DNA of 29,110 nucleotides from Candidatus Thorarchaeota archaeon (GTDB taxonomy: Archaea; Asgardarchaeota; Thorarchaeia; Thorarchaeales; Thorarchaeaceae), in the NCBI GenBank assembly GCA_003345595.1, contig PRDI01000061.1:1-29110 (forward strand), given 5' to 3'. Position numbers and translations under genes: made by a program. Positions 9,445 to 17,526 of the stretch are shown here, one piece after another. The notes beneath the pieces were generated by a model, which searched no databases, was not told where the DNA came from, and saw only the letters and a list, made by a program, of their open reading frames with translations. The stretch's first letter is position 1, and every line of letters starts with the position of its first letter.

Positions 9445-9451
9445 CGACTAT

Positions 9452-9553
9452 TCACCTGGGAATAAAAGCGGTGTGCTACCAGGTCCCCCCAGGTAACACC
9501 GATTCTTAAGGCATACGGATGCCGTAGGCAAACCGGTTCAGACCTGGTAGCAC
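9452..9553 (-). promoter_or_regulatory. Intercistronic structured RNA element between dppA and dppB (long stem-loop, U-rich tract, anti-SD)
   Basis: Perfect 13-bp inverted repeat at 9473-9485/9541-9553 encloses nested helices (9498-9505/9530-9537 and 9511-9529). On the mRNA strand it is followed by CUUUUAUU and the dppB SD. Confidence 0.75.
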
Positions 9554-9578
9554 TTCCATTGTGGATACTAGTTTGACT

Positions 9579-11240
9579 CTATGGGCCAGTTGTCGCTGTC
9601 GCTCCGAGGTACACGAGCCAGTGACGCCAGTTGACGGTAATGTCCATGATGACACCGTGCACGTTCAGCCCGGTCACAGCAACTGTGCTGCTCTGCCACA
9701 GAGGTACAACCGAGCACACAGATGCCTGTAGGTCCTGCAGAGCCGTGTAGTTGCCCAAACGGCCAGCCTCAGTTGCGGCACTCCGTCCACCAATCCAGTA
9801 GTTGTACTGCTGCACACCGGTGGCGGGGTACGTACTGTTGTAGCCGAGGTTCAGCCAAGGCGCAAACGGCAGGAATTCGTAGTTGTCGGGATCTATGAAA
9901 TCTGGGTACCAGCCGTACACGAACACAGGCATCGTACCTGCATTCCGAGCCAACCTGAAGGCAGCCCATTCGAGGCCATGAAGGACAACTGTTATGACTC
10001 CACTAGCTTGAAGATCTGCCTGATAGACAAGAGCCTGATTGGCACTCTCTGGATAGTGTCCAGAACTCTCATAGTAGAAGTCGACAACCAACTTGTTGGT
10101 TGAGTTGTATCCCAACGCGGCAAGTAAGGTTTGTGTGTAAGTCCAGTTAGCCTCCCCATATATCTTGAACGAGTCCTTGTGATAGGCCATTCCCACTGGA
10201 ATCATGCTGTACAGCGGATCTGCAGTCCCGAGGAAGACACTACCACATAGGTGAGTCATGTTCAGACTTGCGGTGATGGCCCTTCGGACATCGGTTATGT
10301 TGAAGGGATAGATTCTCTGCTGGAAGCACAGATACTGTATCTGAGCGCCGATTCCTTGCCACACTCTCACATCGGGGTCGCTCTTGAACGTCTGGACCTG
10401 CAGAGCGGATATCTGCCGGTACGCGATGTCAATCTCTCCAGTTGTCATCGCGGTCGCCAAGGCATTTGATGTAGCATACATCCTGATGGTAACGTTGTCG
10501 TTCTTGGGTAGACCAGCAGCGGCGCCCCAGTAGTCAGGGTTCTTCTCCAGACGCATCTCACTGTCTTCTCCGCCGATTCGCGTCCAGTTAGCCAGTACGT
10601 ACGGACCAAGTCCGCACGGATGGCTTGCTCGTGCGTCACCCTCTACATAGGACACAACATGATTCTTCGGTGCATGGACTCTGTCGACAATATACGAGGC
10701 CGCACACGACAGCAGCTGTAGGAATGGAGCGAAGGAGATCTTGAGGTTGAATCTCACACCGTACACACCGGTGACCTCAACGCTATTGATGATGGCACTG
10801 TACTCCATACTAACCTGTGGACCGTCTCCCTCTGCCAGACCGTCACCCGTCAGGTTACAGTTCCTGTCAAAGGAGTACTTAACATCAGTCGCGTTGAATA
10901 TCCTCCCGTCCTCGTACTTGACGCCTTGTCTCAAGACGAAGTCCCAAGTTTTCCCATCAACGGTACGGGTCCACGACAAAGCCAGAGCTGGCATGATATC
11001 GTTCGCTCCAGCCTGTGAACCGGGCTCAATTTCCACCAATCCGGAACTGAGAGCAGTAATGATCTCCCAGCCGAAGTAGTCATACGATTGGGCCATATCT
11101 AGGCTTGACTCAACGGAATCGGTCGTGCCCATGATGAGGGTCTGTTCGTAGACCGGGGGCCTGAAATACACATAGGCACCGACCGCTCCGATGGCAATGA
11201 CTATTATGACCACAAGCGCTATGGTCTGATTCTTTTGCAC
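9579..11240 (-). CDS. dppA: Peptide ABC transporter substrate-binding protein (family 5, DppA/OppA), N-terminally membrane-anchored glycoprotein
   Basis: N-terminal TM IALVVIIVIAIGAVGAYVYF. Family-5 motifs PALALSW...DGKTWDFVLRQGVKY.DG..FNATDVKYSF, GLGPY, NPDYWG, VRRAI, GWYPDFIDPD. About 10 NxS/T sequons. GTG start at 11240 with GGAGG upstream. Confidence 0.92.
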   Translation of the reverse strand: MQKNQTIALVVIIVIAIGAVGAYVYFRPPVYEQTLIMGTTDSVESSLDMAQSYDYFGWEIITALSSGLVEIEPGSQAGANDIMPALALSWTRTVDGKTWDFVLRQGVKYEDGRIFNATDVKYSFDRNCNLTGDGLAEGDGPQVSMEYSAIINSVEVTGVYGVRFNLKISFAPFLQLLSCAASYIVDRVHAPKNHVVSYVEGDARASHPCGLGPYVLANWTRIGGEDSEMRLEKNPDYWGAAAGLPKNDNVTIRMYATSNALATAMTTGEIDIAYRQISALQVQTFKSDPDVRVWQGIGAQIQYLCFQQRIYPFNITDVRRAITASLNMTHLCGSVFLGTADPLYSMIPVGMAYHKDSFKIYGEANWTYTQTLLAALGYNSTNKLVVDFYYESSGHYPESANQALVYQADLQASGVITVVLHGLEWAAFRLARNAGTMPVFVYGWYPDFIDPDNYEFLPFAPWLNLGYNSTYPATGVQQYNYWIGGRSAATEAGRLGNYTALQDLQASVCSVVPLWQSSTVAVTGLNVHGVIMDITVNWRHWLVYLGATATTGP

Positions 11241-11316
11241 TTGTTGGAGTCCTCCGATTACTAACCAAGCTTGACCAACGCAAATGCGAAGGTGTTCGTA
11301 GTCGGTGGCCGCACTT

Positions 11317-11326
11317 CTATATAAGT
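11317..11326 (-). promoter_or_regulatory. Putative TATA box of the dpp operon
   Basis: The minus strand reads ACTTATATAG about 80 nt upstream of the dppA start, a good match to the archaeal TTA(T/A)A(T/A)A consensus. Confidence 0.5.
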
Positions 11327-11681
11327 AGTTCCAAGTCATCAATGGACAATGCGGCAGAGAGAAACTCTCGGAGCCGCCTGCTCGTTGGAATCCTGCGAGC
11401 GCGCTTCCGCAGGACAGGCTTCATACTGGATATGGTTCAGCTTCTTCTGGTGACAGAGGATGCGGGAATGCCTGTCCTTCCTTCGGCTTCTAGCGGGTCG
11501 ACCATGAGCTCAGCCATTCGCAAAGTGGATTCTGAGTCAAAGCAGATGCCCATAGGAGGTGCTTTAGGCCTAAATCTTTGAAGTGATATTTCAGGGGCGC
11601 GCATTCCAGAACGTTTCATTCTGGACAGGGCTAACATCATGTGTCGCGAAAGGGATGTACGACCCGGAAGCGTAGTGCGGT

Positions 11682-13418
11682 CTACTTCAGTGCCTGTGAA
11701 TGACCATCAATGATTCTGAGGAGCATGCTCTTGAACTCGGACAAGGGCATAGGCCCCAAATCCTCGTTCGTTCTCAGACGAACTGCAACCTGACCCAGCT
11801 CTGCCTCTCTCTGGCCAACGACAACCTGGTAGGGAACCTTCTCCTGTTGCGCGGTACGTATCTTCTTCTGCATTCGGTCAGGCCCATCGTCGAGCTCGGC
11901 TCGTATGCCCACGTCTCTGAGCTGCACCACGACCCTCCGACAGTAGTCGACCTGCTTGTCAGTCACTGGGATGAGCCTCACTTGGACAGGAGCCATCCAG
12001 ACTGGGAATGCCCCCTTGTAGTGCTCGATGAGTACTCCGAAGAAGCGTTCAAGCGACCCCATCAGCGCCCTATGAATCATGATGGGCTGATGCTCAAGCC
12101 CGTCCCCTCCCACATAGGTCACGTGGAACCTCTCAGGCAGGTTGAAGTCGACTTGAACGGTCGTGCACTGCCACGACCTGCCCAGCGCGTCCTTGATCTT
12201 GATGTCAATCTTCGGACCGTAGAAGACTCCCTCACCCGGGTCGATCTTGTACGTAAGGCCCATCTTCTCAAGGGCAGCCTTGAGCGCGTCGGTTGCCTTC
12301 TGCCAGTTCTCGTCTGACCCTACGTGCTTCTGTGGCATGGTGCTCAAGAACACGTCATACTCGGAGAAGCCGCAGGTCCTCAGTATTTCGAGGTTGAGGT
12401 TCAGGATGTTGATAATCTCTTGGTTCAGTTGCTCAGGCGTCACGAATATGTGGGCATCATCCTGCGTGAACCCTCTCACTCTCATCAGGCCATGAAGGAC
12501 TCCGCCGCGCTCATATCGGTAGACAGTGCCCAATTCTGCCCACCTTAGCGGCAGCTCACGGTAGCTGCGATTCCGCATTTTGTACATCTGAATGTGGAAT
12601 GGACAGTTCATAGGCTTGAGCTCGTAGTCCTGTCCATCAATCTCCATCGGTGAGTACATGTTGTCACGATAGAAGTCCCAATGTCCACTGGTCTTCCAAA
12701 GGTCCAGTCTTGCAATGTGTGGGCTGTAGACAACACTGTAGCCTGCCTTGAAGTGAGCACTCCTCCAATACTCCTCTAGGGCAGATCTCACAGCCGCTCC
12801 CTTTGGCAGCCAGAGTACCAGACCTGAGCCAATCTCGTCAGACAGGTGGAACAGTTCCAGCTCCTTCCCAAGCTTCCTGTGGTCTCTCTCTTTGATTTCC
12901 TCGAGACGAGTCAGGTATGCATCAAGTTCTTCTTTGGTGAAGAACGCTGTGCCATAGATTCTCTGGAGCTGCGGGTTTCTCTCATCACCCCTCCAATAGG
13001 CTCCAGAAACCTCAAGCAGCTTGAAAGCGTTGATTGGAATATCCTTTGTGTTGTCAACGTGAGGACCTCTACAGAGGTCAGTAAACGTGTCGTGTGTATA
13101 CGTCGTGATAGGCTCGCCCTCAGGCAGCTCATCAATCAGCTCCAGTTTGAAACGCTGGTTTCGGAAGAGCTTCCTAGCCTCCTCCCTGCTCAGTTCCCTT
13201 CGGATGAAGCTGTGACGGCCTTTGATGATCTTCCTCATCTCCTGCTCAATATCCTGCAGGTCCTCCGGTGTAAGCGCCCTAGGCAGCAGGAAATCATAGT
13301 AGAAGCCCTCCTCTATGGCTGGACCAATTGCCAGCATCGCGTCTGGGAACTTCCCGAGTACTGCCTGAGCCATGACATGGGACAGCGAGTGTCTGAGCTT
13401 GAGAAGCCTCTCTTCCAT
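11682..13418 (-). CDS. thrS: Threonine--tRNA ligase, bacterial type (N2 editing domain present, N1/TGS domain absent)
   Basis: LRHSLSHVMAQAV (HxxxH), GFYYDF, DLCRGPH, GAYWRG, RDHRKLG, KPMNCP, YRYE..G.LHGLMRVRGFTQDDAH, FYGPKID, MIHRA..GSLERF and a C-terminal anticodon-binding domain. ATG at 13418; TTG at 13427 is an alternative. Confidence 0.98.
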   Translation of the reverse strand: MEERLLKLRHSLSHVMAQAVLGKFPDAMLAIGPAIEEGFYYDFLLPRALTPEDLQDIEQEMRKIIKGRHSFIRRELSREEARKLFRNQRFKLELIDELPEGEPITTYTHDTFTDLCRGPHVDNTKDIPINAFKLLEVSGAYWRGDERNPQLQRIYGTAFFTKEELDAYLTRLEEIKERDHRKLGKELELFHLSDEIGSGLVLWLPKGAAVRSALEEYWRSAHFKAGYSVVYSPHIARLDLWKTSGHWDFYRDNMYSPMEIDGQDYELKPMNCPFHIQMYKMRNRSYRELPLRWAELGTVYRYERGGVLHGLMRVRGFTQDDAHIFVTPEQLNQEIINILNLNLEILRTCGFSEYDVFLSTMPQKHVGSDENWQKATDALKAALEKMGLTYKIDPGEGVFYGPKIDIKIKDALGRSWQCTTVQVDFNLPERFHVTYVGGDGLEHQPIMIHRALMGSLERFFGVLIEHYKGAFPVWMAPVQVRLIPVTDKQVDYCRRVVVQLRDVGIRAELDDGPDRMQKKIRTAQQEKVPYQVVVGQREAELGQVAVRLRTNEDLGPMPLSEFKSMLLRIIDGHSQALK

Positions 13419-13516
13419 ATTGACCAAGCCCTTTCAACGATTGACAAATGACTCGAAATGCAGTGTTCAAAAGCCTTTGGTTCGGGTTCCGCGGGAAGTG
13501 GCTGTCTGAATCAGAT

Positions 13517-14062
13517 CTATTGCTTCCTTCTGAGATACGACACAATCGCCAAGACAATGATGGCCACGAAGCTTGCAGCCATGAGAATCCATTTCGCTCC
13601 GGTCATTGCACTCGCTGCGGCAAATACGTCCGGGGAGAGAAGCGGGTATGAACTGATTTGGGTGGCAATGAGTACGTTCTCTAAGTAGTCGAACACAGCA
13701 ACCACCAAAGGCAGAAGAACCAACGCTCTTGGTCCAGTTGAATCCGGGAATACCCTCTTGACCAGAGCAGCCAGAACAAGGGCCATTGTGAGAGCGTAGA
13801 CCAACGGGAAGAACGTGTCAACGACCTGATGGTACGTATACAATTGACGTCCTGATGAACCGAGTGCTGTCAGGAACTCCTCGGCATCATTGAACGTGTA
13901 GCTCGGTCGAACATCCAGCACTGGAAGTCCTCCAGTGAGCGTCAGCATCTGTGGTTGGATGCCAGCCATCAGTATGGCACCGATAATGATTGTTAGGAGC
14001 AAACCGAGAATGATGTTTCGTCGAGTTGCAAGCCCCACGATCCTGTTGGTCAGACGCATCAT
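13517..14062 (-). CDS. Conserved hypothetical 4-TM membrane protein
   Basis: Four hydrophobic segments with a conserved-looking pattern: LDVRPSY, GRQLY..HQVVDTFFPLVY, FDYLEN, AS.MT..KW. Function unknown. Confidence 0.8.
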   Translation of the reverse strand: MMRLTNRIVGLATRRNIILGLLLTIIIGAILMAGIQPQMLTLTGGLPVLDVRPSYTFNDAEEFLTALGSSGRQLYTYHQVVDTFFPLVYALTMALVLAALVKRVFPDSTGPRALVLLPLVVAVFDYLENVLIATQISSYPLLSPDVFAAASAMTGAKWILMAASFVAIIVLAIVSYLRRKQ

Positions 14063-14219
14063 ATCACAAACCTCAGTTGTCTCATAGCAGCTTAAGCGGG
14101 GAAAGCGGCAAAAGGAGCTTATGGAGATTGCGCGAGGAGTGTTTTTATTCCATCAAGTATTAGCTCAGCGGCCTGTCACAGGGTTGCGCCATCAAGTCCT
14201 GAATGGAGTTGCAGCATCA

Positions 14220-16814
14220 ATGATACGAGAGCTCGCCCGTGTCGGTCTCAGGAACGCCCTACGCAGAAAGCGGGTTGCTGCACTCACATTGTTGTCAATA
14301 GCCTTCTCAGTGAGCCTCTTGTACACTGCCTTCTCCGCAAGCATCAGTCTTCAGCAGAGCGCAAACATATTCCTGAGGGACACCCTCTCACCCGTTGACA
14401 TCAGTGTTGCTTCAACTGCTGTGTACAACCCAATCACTCGGCAAATGAGAGCATCAATAGCCGCTGTACCGTCTGTCAAGGCGGTGGTTCCTCGAATAGA
14501 AGAATATGCTCAGTTTGACAACATGTCGAGCGGCATCTATGTTGCTCTCGTTGGCATTGATGAGCAACTCGAAAACAACATCGGTAGCCTCAACGCTACC
14601 GAGGGTTCGGTTGACCTCACTGCAGCCGGGTGCTTCCTCACGAGAGAGGCTGCTGAACTCCTCAGTATCACCATTGGTGAAGAGCTAAAACTCTACACAC
14701 CGGCGGGTTTTCAATTCTTCAATGTAACAGGCTACGGTCTCGCCATTGACAAAGGAGTCTTTGGCCCTGTGGTCTTCATGTCGATAGAGAAGGCCTGGGA
14801 GAACTACCCGATCAGATACGCAGATCATTCCACCAACAAGATTCTTGTTGAACTCAACGATGTGTTCGCCACTCCTACAGTAGCTGAATATGTCAAGGCA
14901 TTGTGCGGTGAACAGTTCTCCGTCACGGACCTGAAGATATACCCCGTCAAGGTGGCTTCCGTGTTTCTCGGTCAGGCGCGTACAATACTGTTCGCCCTAG
15001 TGGCTGCCTCATGTTTCATTTCTGCCTACCGAGTGTTCTCATCATTCGTCATAATGTTCGGTCAACGGAGATACGAAACAGGCGTTTTCTTAGCATTCGG
15101 AGCAACAAGGTTCAACGTACTTGTCTTGCTGCTCTCCGAGATCGGGAGCATTGGTGTTGTCGGGGCGATACTCGGAATCACGCTAGGAGTCGGCGTCGCC
15201 GCGGTGATTCTCAACTTCATAGTCACAATGTCACGCATCATCATTGTGGCACCTACGACACAGTACTTCCAGAGCATTCAGAGTCTGGATCCTGCGAGCA
15301 TTCTCGGTGCATGTGGCATCGGAATAGCGTTGACTCTGCTTGCAGGCTATATGCCAGCTTGGAGAGCTTCACATGACCCGGTTGCTGCAAGCCTGGGTTC
15401 TGGTCCCCTGCCATCGGCAAGCAGACAGACTGCACGTGCTCCGATTGCCCCCAGACGACTCCAGTACCTCTTCATGGTGATGACGCTTGCCCTCACTTCC
15501 GTTGTCGTTCTACAGGCTTTGTCAGATGTGTTGTCGATTGACCTAATCTCTTATGATGCAGTGAGAATCCTTTCAATTCCCGCATTTCTACTTCTCACGG
15601 CACTTCTCTCTCCTAGGCTCGCACACTCTCAGAAAGCACTTCGTCCATTTGTGGCAGGCACTTCGGACGTGATCAGAACGCTTTCGAAGAGGAATCTAAG
15701 GCGAAACGCACTAGCCGGATTGGTTGTGTTCAATCTGTTCGCCGCCGCCACGGTACTCTACTTTGCTTCGACCAATGTGGGATATGTAATCACCGAATCA
15801 TGGAGGAGAAACGTCGGTGGTCAGACGACTTCTGCGAACGTGGTTGTGTATATGGATCCGCCCGCAGACATGGAACTCTTAGCCCAGGTCAGTGGCATGC
15901 CCAACGTCACTTCAGCAGTCCCCATGAACCAAGCACTCGAAACCATGTGGACCTCGTCAGGGATCGAGATGGGTCTCCTCTTGGGCGTAGAACCAGCCGG
16001 CTTTGAGCAAATGGCGTCACTTGGAATGATACTCTCAGCTAACATGTCACGGGGACTCGGTGTGGTGTCTGACAACATGACCTGTGTTGTGTCGGAAGAC
16101 GCTGCTCAAAGGTTTGGAGTCTCATTGGGTGGAGTGCTTCACGTAGCGTCTGGTGCTAACCTGACAGTCGTGGCAGTCTGTGCATCATCGGTCCCAGTGT
16201 TTGCATTGACTATCATCAGTCACATCTTCGTCATTGTCGGGCCCGAAACTTGGGCATCGGTATATGGAAGCGCCTTCCGCATAGGAAGCCTTCTCATACA
16301 GTCATCCGACCCTGCTGCTACTCTTGCCCTGTTTTCTGCCGTTCCCGACGCACATCCCGTCCTCGTTTCTTCTCTGCAGGCCGACTACGTTTCAGCTCTT
16401 CGTTCAATCGAACTTGTCGTGAACGCTTCCTTGGCCGCACTGTTTGTGACCACGCTGGCCAGCGCTCTGCTTAGCAGCTGGGCGGCTGCGTCCTCTCGTC
16501 GAAGAGAACTGGGAATGCTTGCATCTCTCGGTATGGGAAGGCAGGAGATCGCGAGAACTTTGACTGCTGAGAGTGCGGCCTCCATGATCTCGGGAGTGTT
16601 AGTCGGCTCTATTGTGGGACTGCTCGTCGAGATATCGCTGAGGGACATCATACTGAGATTCAGTGGCGGGTTCTATATTCTCGTAGACACAACAACCCTG
16701 CTGCTTGTAACACTCTCGCTAGTGATGTCCATCGCCGCCTCATACTATATGACAGGCAGGGCCTGCAACATAGAAGTAGTCAGACTGCTGCGCGAATCAG
16801 GACGAGGAAAGTAG
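14220..16814 (+). CDS. Duplicated MacB/FtsX-family (type VII ABC) permease
   Basis: Two tandem modules. Each starts with RN..R...R/A followed by a TM (GLRNALRRKR; SKRNLRRNAL), then a large extracytoplasmic domain (LVGID / LLGVEP), then an FtsX coupling segment (QRRYETGVFLAFGA; RRRELGMLASLGM). Start placed at ATG 14220. Confidence 0.88.
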   Translation: MIRELARVGLRNALRRKRVAALTLLSIAFSVSLLYTAFSASISLQQSANIFLRDTLSPVDISVASTAVYNPITRQMRASIAAVPSVKAVVPRIEEYAQFDNMSSGIYVALVGIDEQLENNIGSLNATEGSVDLTAAGCFLTREAAELLSITIGEELKLYTPAGFQFFNVTGYGLAIDKGVFGPVVFMSIEKAWENYPIRYADHSTNKILVELNDVFATPTVAEYVKALCGEQFSVTDLKIYPVKVASVFLGQARTILFALVAASCFISAYRVFSSFVIMFGQRRYETGVFLAFGATRFNVLVLLLSEIGSIGVVGAILGITLGVGVAAVILNFIVTMSRIIIVAPTTQYFQSIQSLDPASILGACGIGIALTLLAGYMPAWRASHDPVAASLGSGPLPSASRQTARAPIAPRRLQYLFMVMTLALTSVVVLQALSDVLSIDLISYDAVRILSIPAFLLLTALLSPRLAHSQKALRPFVAGTSDVIRTLSKRNLRRNALAGLVVFNLFAAATVLYFASTNVGYVITESWRRNVGGQTTSANVVVYMDPPADMELLAQVSGMPNVTSAVPMNQALETMWTSSGIEMGLLLGVEPAGFEQMASLGMILSANMSRGLGVVSDNMTCVVSEDAAQRFGVSLGGVLHVASGANLTVVAVCASSVPVFALTIISHIFVIVGPETWASVYGSAFRIGSLLIQSSDPAATLALFSAVPDAHPVLVSSLQADYVSALRSIELVVNASLAALFVTTLASALLSSWAAASSRRRELGMLASLGMGRQEIARTLTAESAASMISGVLVGSIVGLLVEISLRDIILRFSGGFYILVDTTTLLLVTLSLVMSIAASYYMTGRACNIEVVRLLRESGRGK

Positions 16815-16831
16815 GTCCTGCACTGCTGAAC

Positions 16832-16864
16832 GAGAGAAATAGACGGGTGGGGCAAAAGCCCCAC
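16832..16864 (-). terminator. Hairpin terminator downstream of rubredoxin, between convergent genes
   Basis: GTGGGGC-AAAA-GCCCCAC (16847-16864, 7-bp stem). On the minus strand it is followed by the pyrimidine-rich CCGUCUAUUUCUCUC. Confidence 0.6.
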
Positions 16865-16873
16865 GACCGCACC

Positions 16874-17146
16874 TCATGCAACTTTCTGGAATTCGTCCTT
16901 GGATGCTCCGCACATGGGGCAGACCCAGTCATCGGGCAGATCCTTGAACTTGGTCCCAGGTTTGATGCCACCATCGACATCGCCCTTGCTCTCATCGTAG
17001 ATGTAGCCACAGACCTGGCACTCCCACTTCTCGAACGCCGTCGGCGGCGGTGCAGCTGGCTTCGGTGGAGGTGCAGCTGGCTTTGAGGGCTCAGGCTTCT
17101 TCGGTGGCCCAGCAGGCTTCTTCTCAGGAGGCTTCTTTGATGACAT
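16874..17146 (-). CDS. Rubredoxin with an N-terminal Pro/Lys/Ala-rich extension
   Basis: [11 protein letters not shown]...GD...[27 protein letters not shown] is a canonical rubredoxin (two CxxCG knuckles). ATG 17146 has SD AGGAG 7 nt upstream, so the ~36-aa tail is probably translated. Confidence 0.93.
   Translation of the reverse strand: MSSKKPPEKKPAGPPKKPEPSKPAAPPPKPAAPPPTAFEKWECQVCGYIYDESKGDVDGGIKPGTKFKDLPDDWVCPMCGASKDEFQKVA
17049..17083. repeat. 21-bp-period direct repeat encoding KPAAPPP twice
   Basis: GGTGCAGCTGGCTT occurs at 17049-17062 and 17070-17083. Confidence 0.85.
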
Positions 17147-17223
17147 CTCTGTTCTCCTAGTCATGTATGACCAAATGGGATCGGCCCAAAGGCCGCCCCC
17201 GTTATTCGATTTCTAGCCTCCCC

Positions 17224-17238
17224 TAATAAAAGACTTCG
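17224..17238 (-). promoter_or_regulatory. Putative BRE/TATA of the rubredoxin gene
   Basis: The minus strand reads CGAAGTCTTTTATTA, a purine-rich BRE-like stretch followed by TTTTATTA. Confidence 0.45.
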
Positions 17239-17526
17239 CTTGGACCAAATGTTGCTTGTGGACGGACCCAGATGGCGCCTGACAAGACCAGTCATCGCAT
17301 GAAACGATAGGCCAATTATGGCGCCAGCCAGAAGAAACGAGGAGGACTCTCGGGAGCCCGTGCAGTCAGCCATTGCTCTCAGAGATCCGTCAATCTGAAG
17401 CACTTCTCTTGCCGTACATCCGTTCGATCTGTCCAGCTGCGGGAGGCCCAGACACGGTGCAGAAGGCTTAATTGCAGGCTTCGGCAGCCGACTCTTCGAA
17501 TCCTGCAGGTCGGAGCGAAATACACC

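Noticed and set aside
11342-11640. Small ORFs 11342-11581 (+) and 11437-11640 (-)
   Set aside because: No recognisable motifs or clear SD, and they overlap each other. Not supportable as genes.
16830-16876. Possible selenocysteine read-through of the rubredoxin TGA, which is followed by a hairpin
   Set aside because: The domain is complete at the normal position, the read-through sequence is not protein-like, and the hairpin is better explained as a terminator.
17474-17513. tRNA T-arm-like pieces (GCAGG...TTCGAATCCTGC) upstream of rpe
   Set aside because: The halves are separated by 16 nt, and no acceptor stem, D-arm, anticodon arm or BHB intron motif could be built. Probably chance or a small 5' UTR hairpin.
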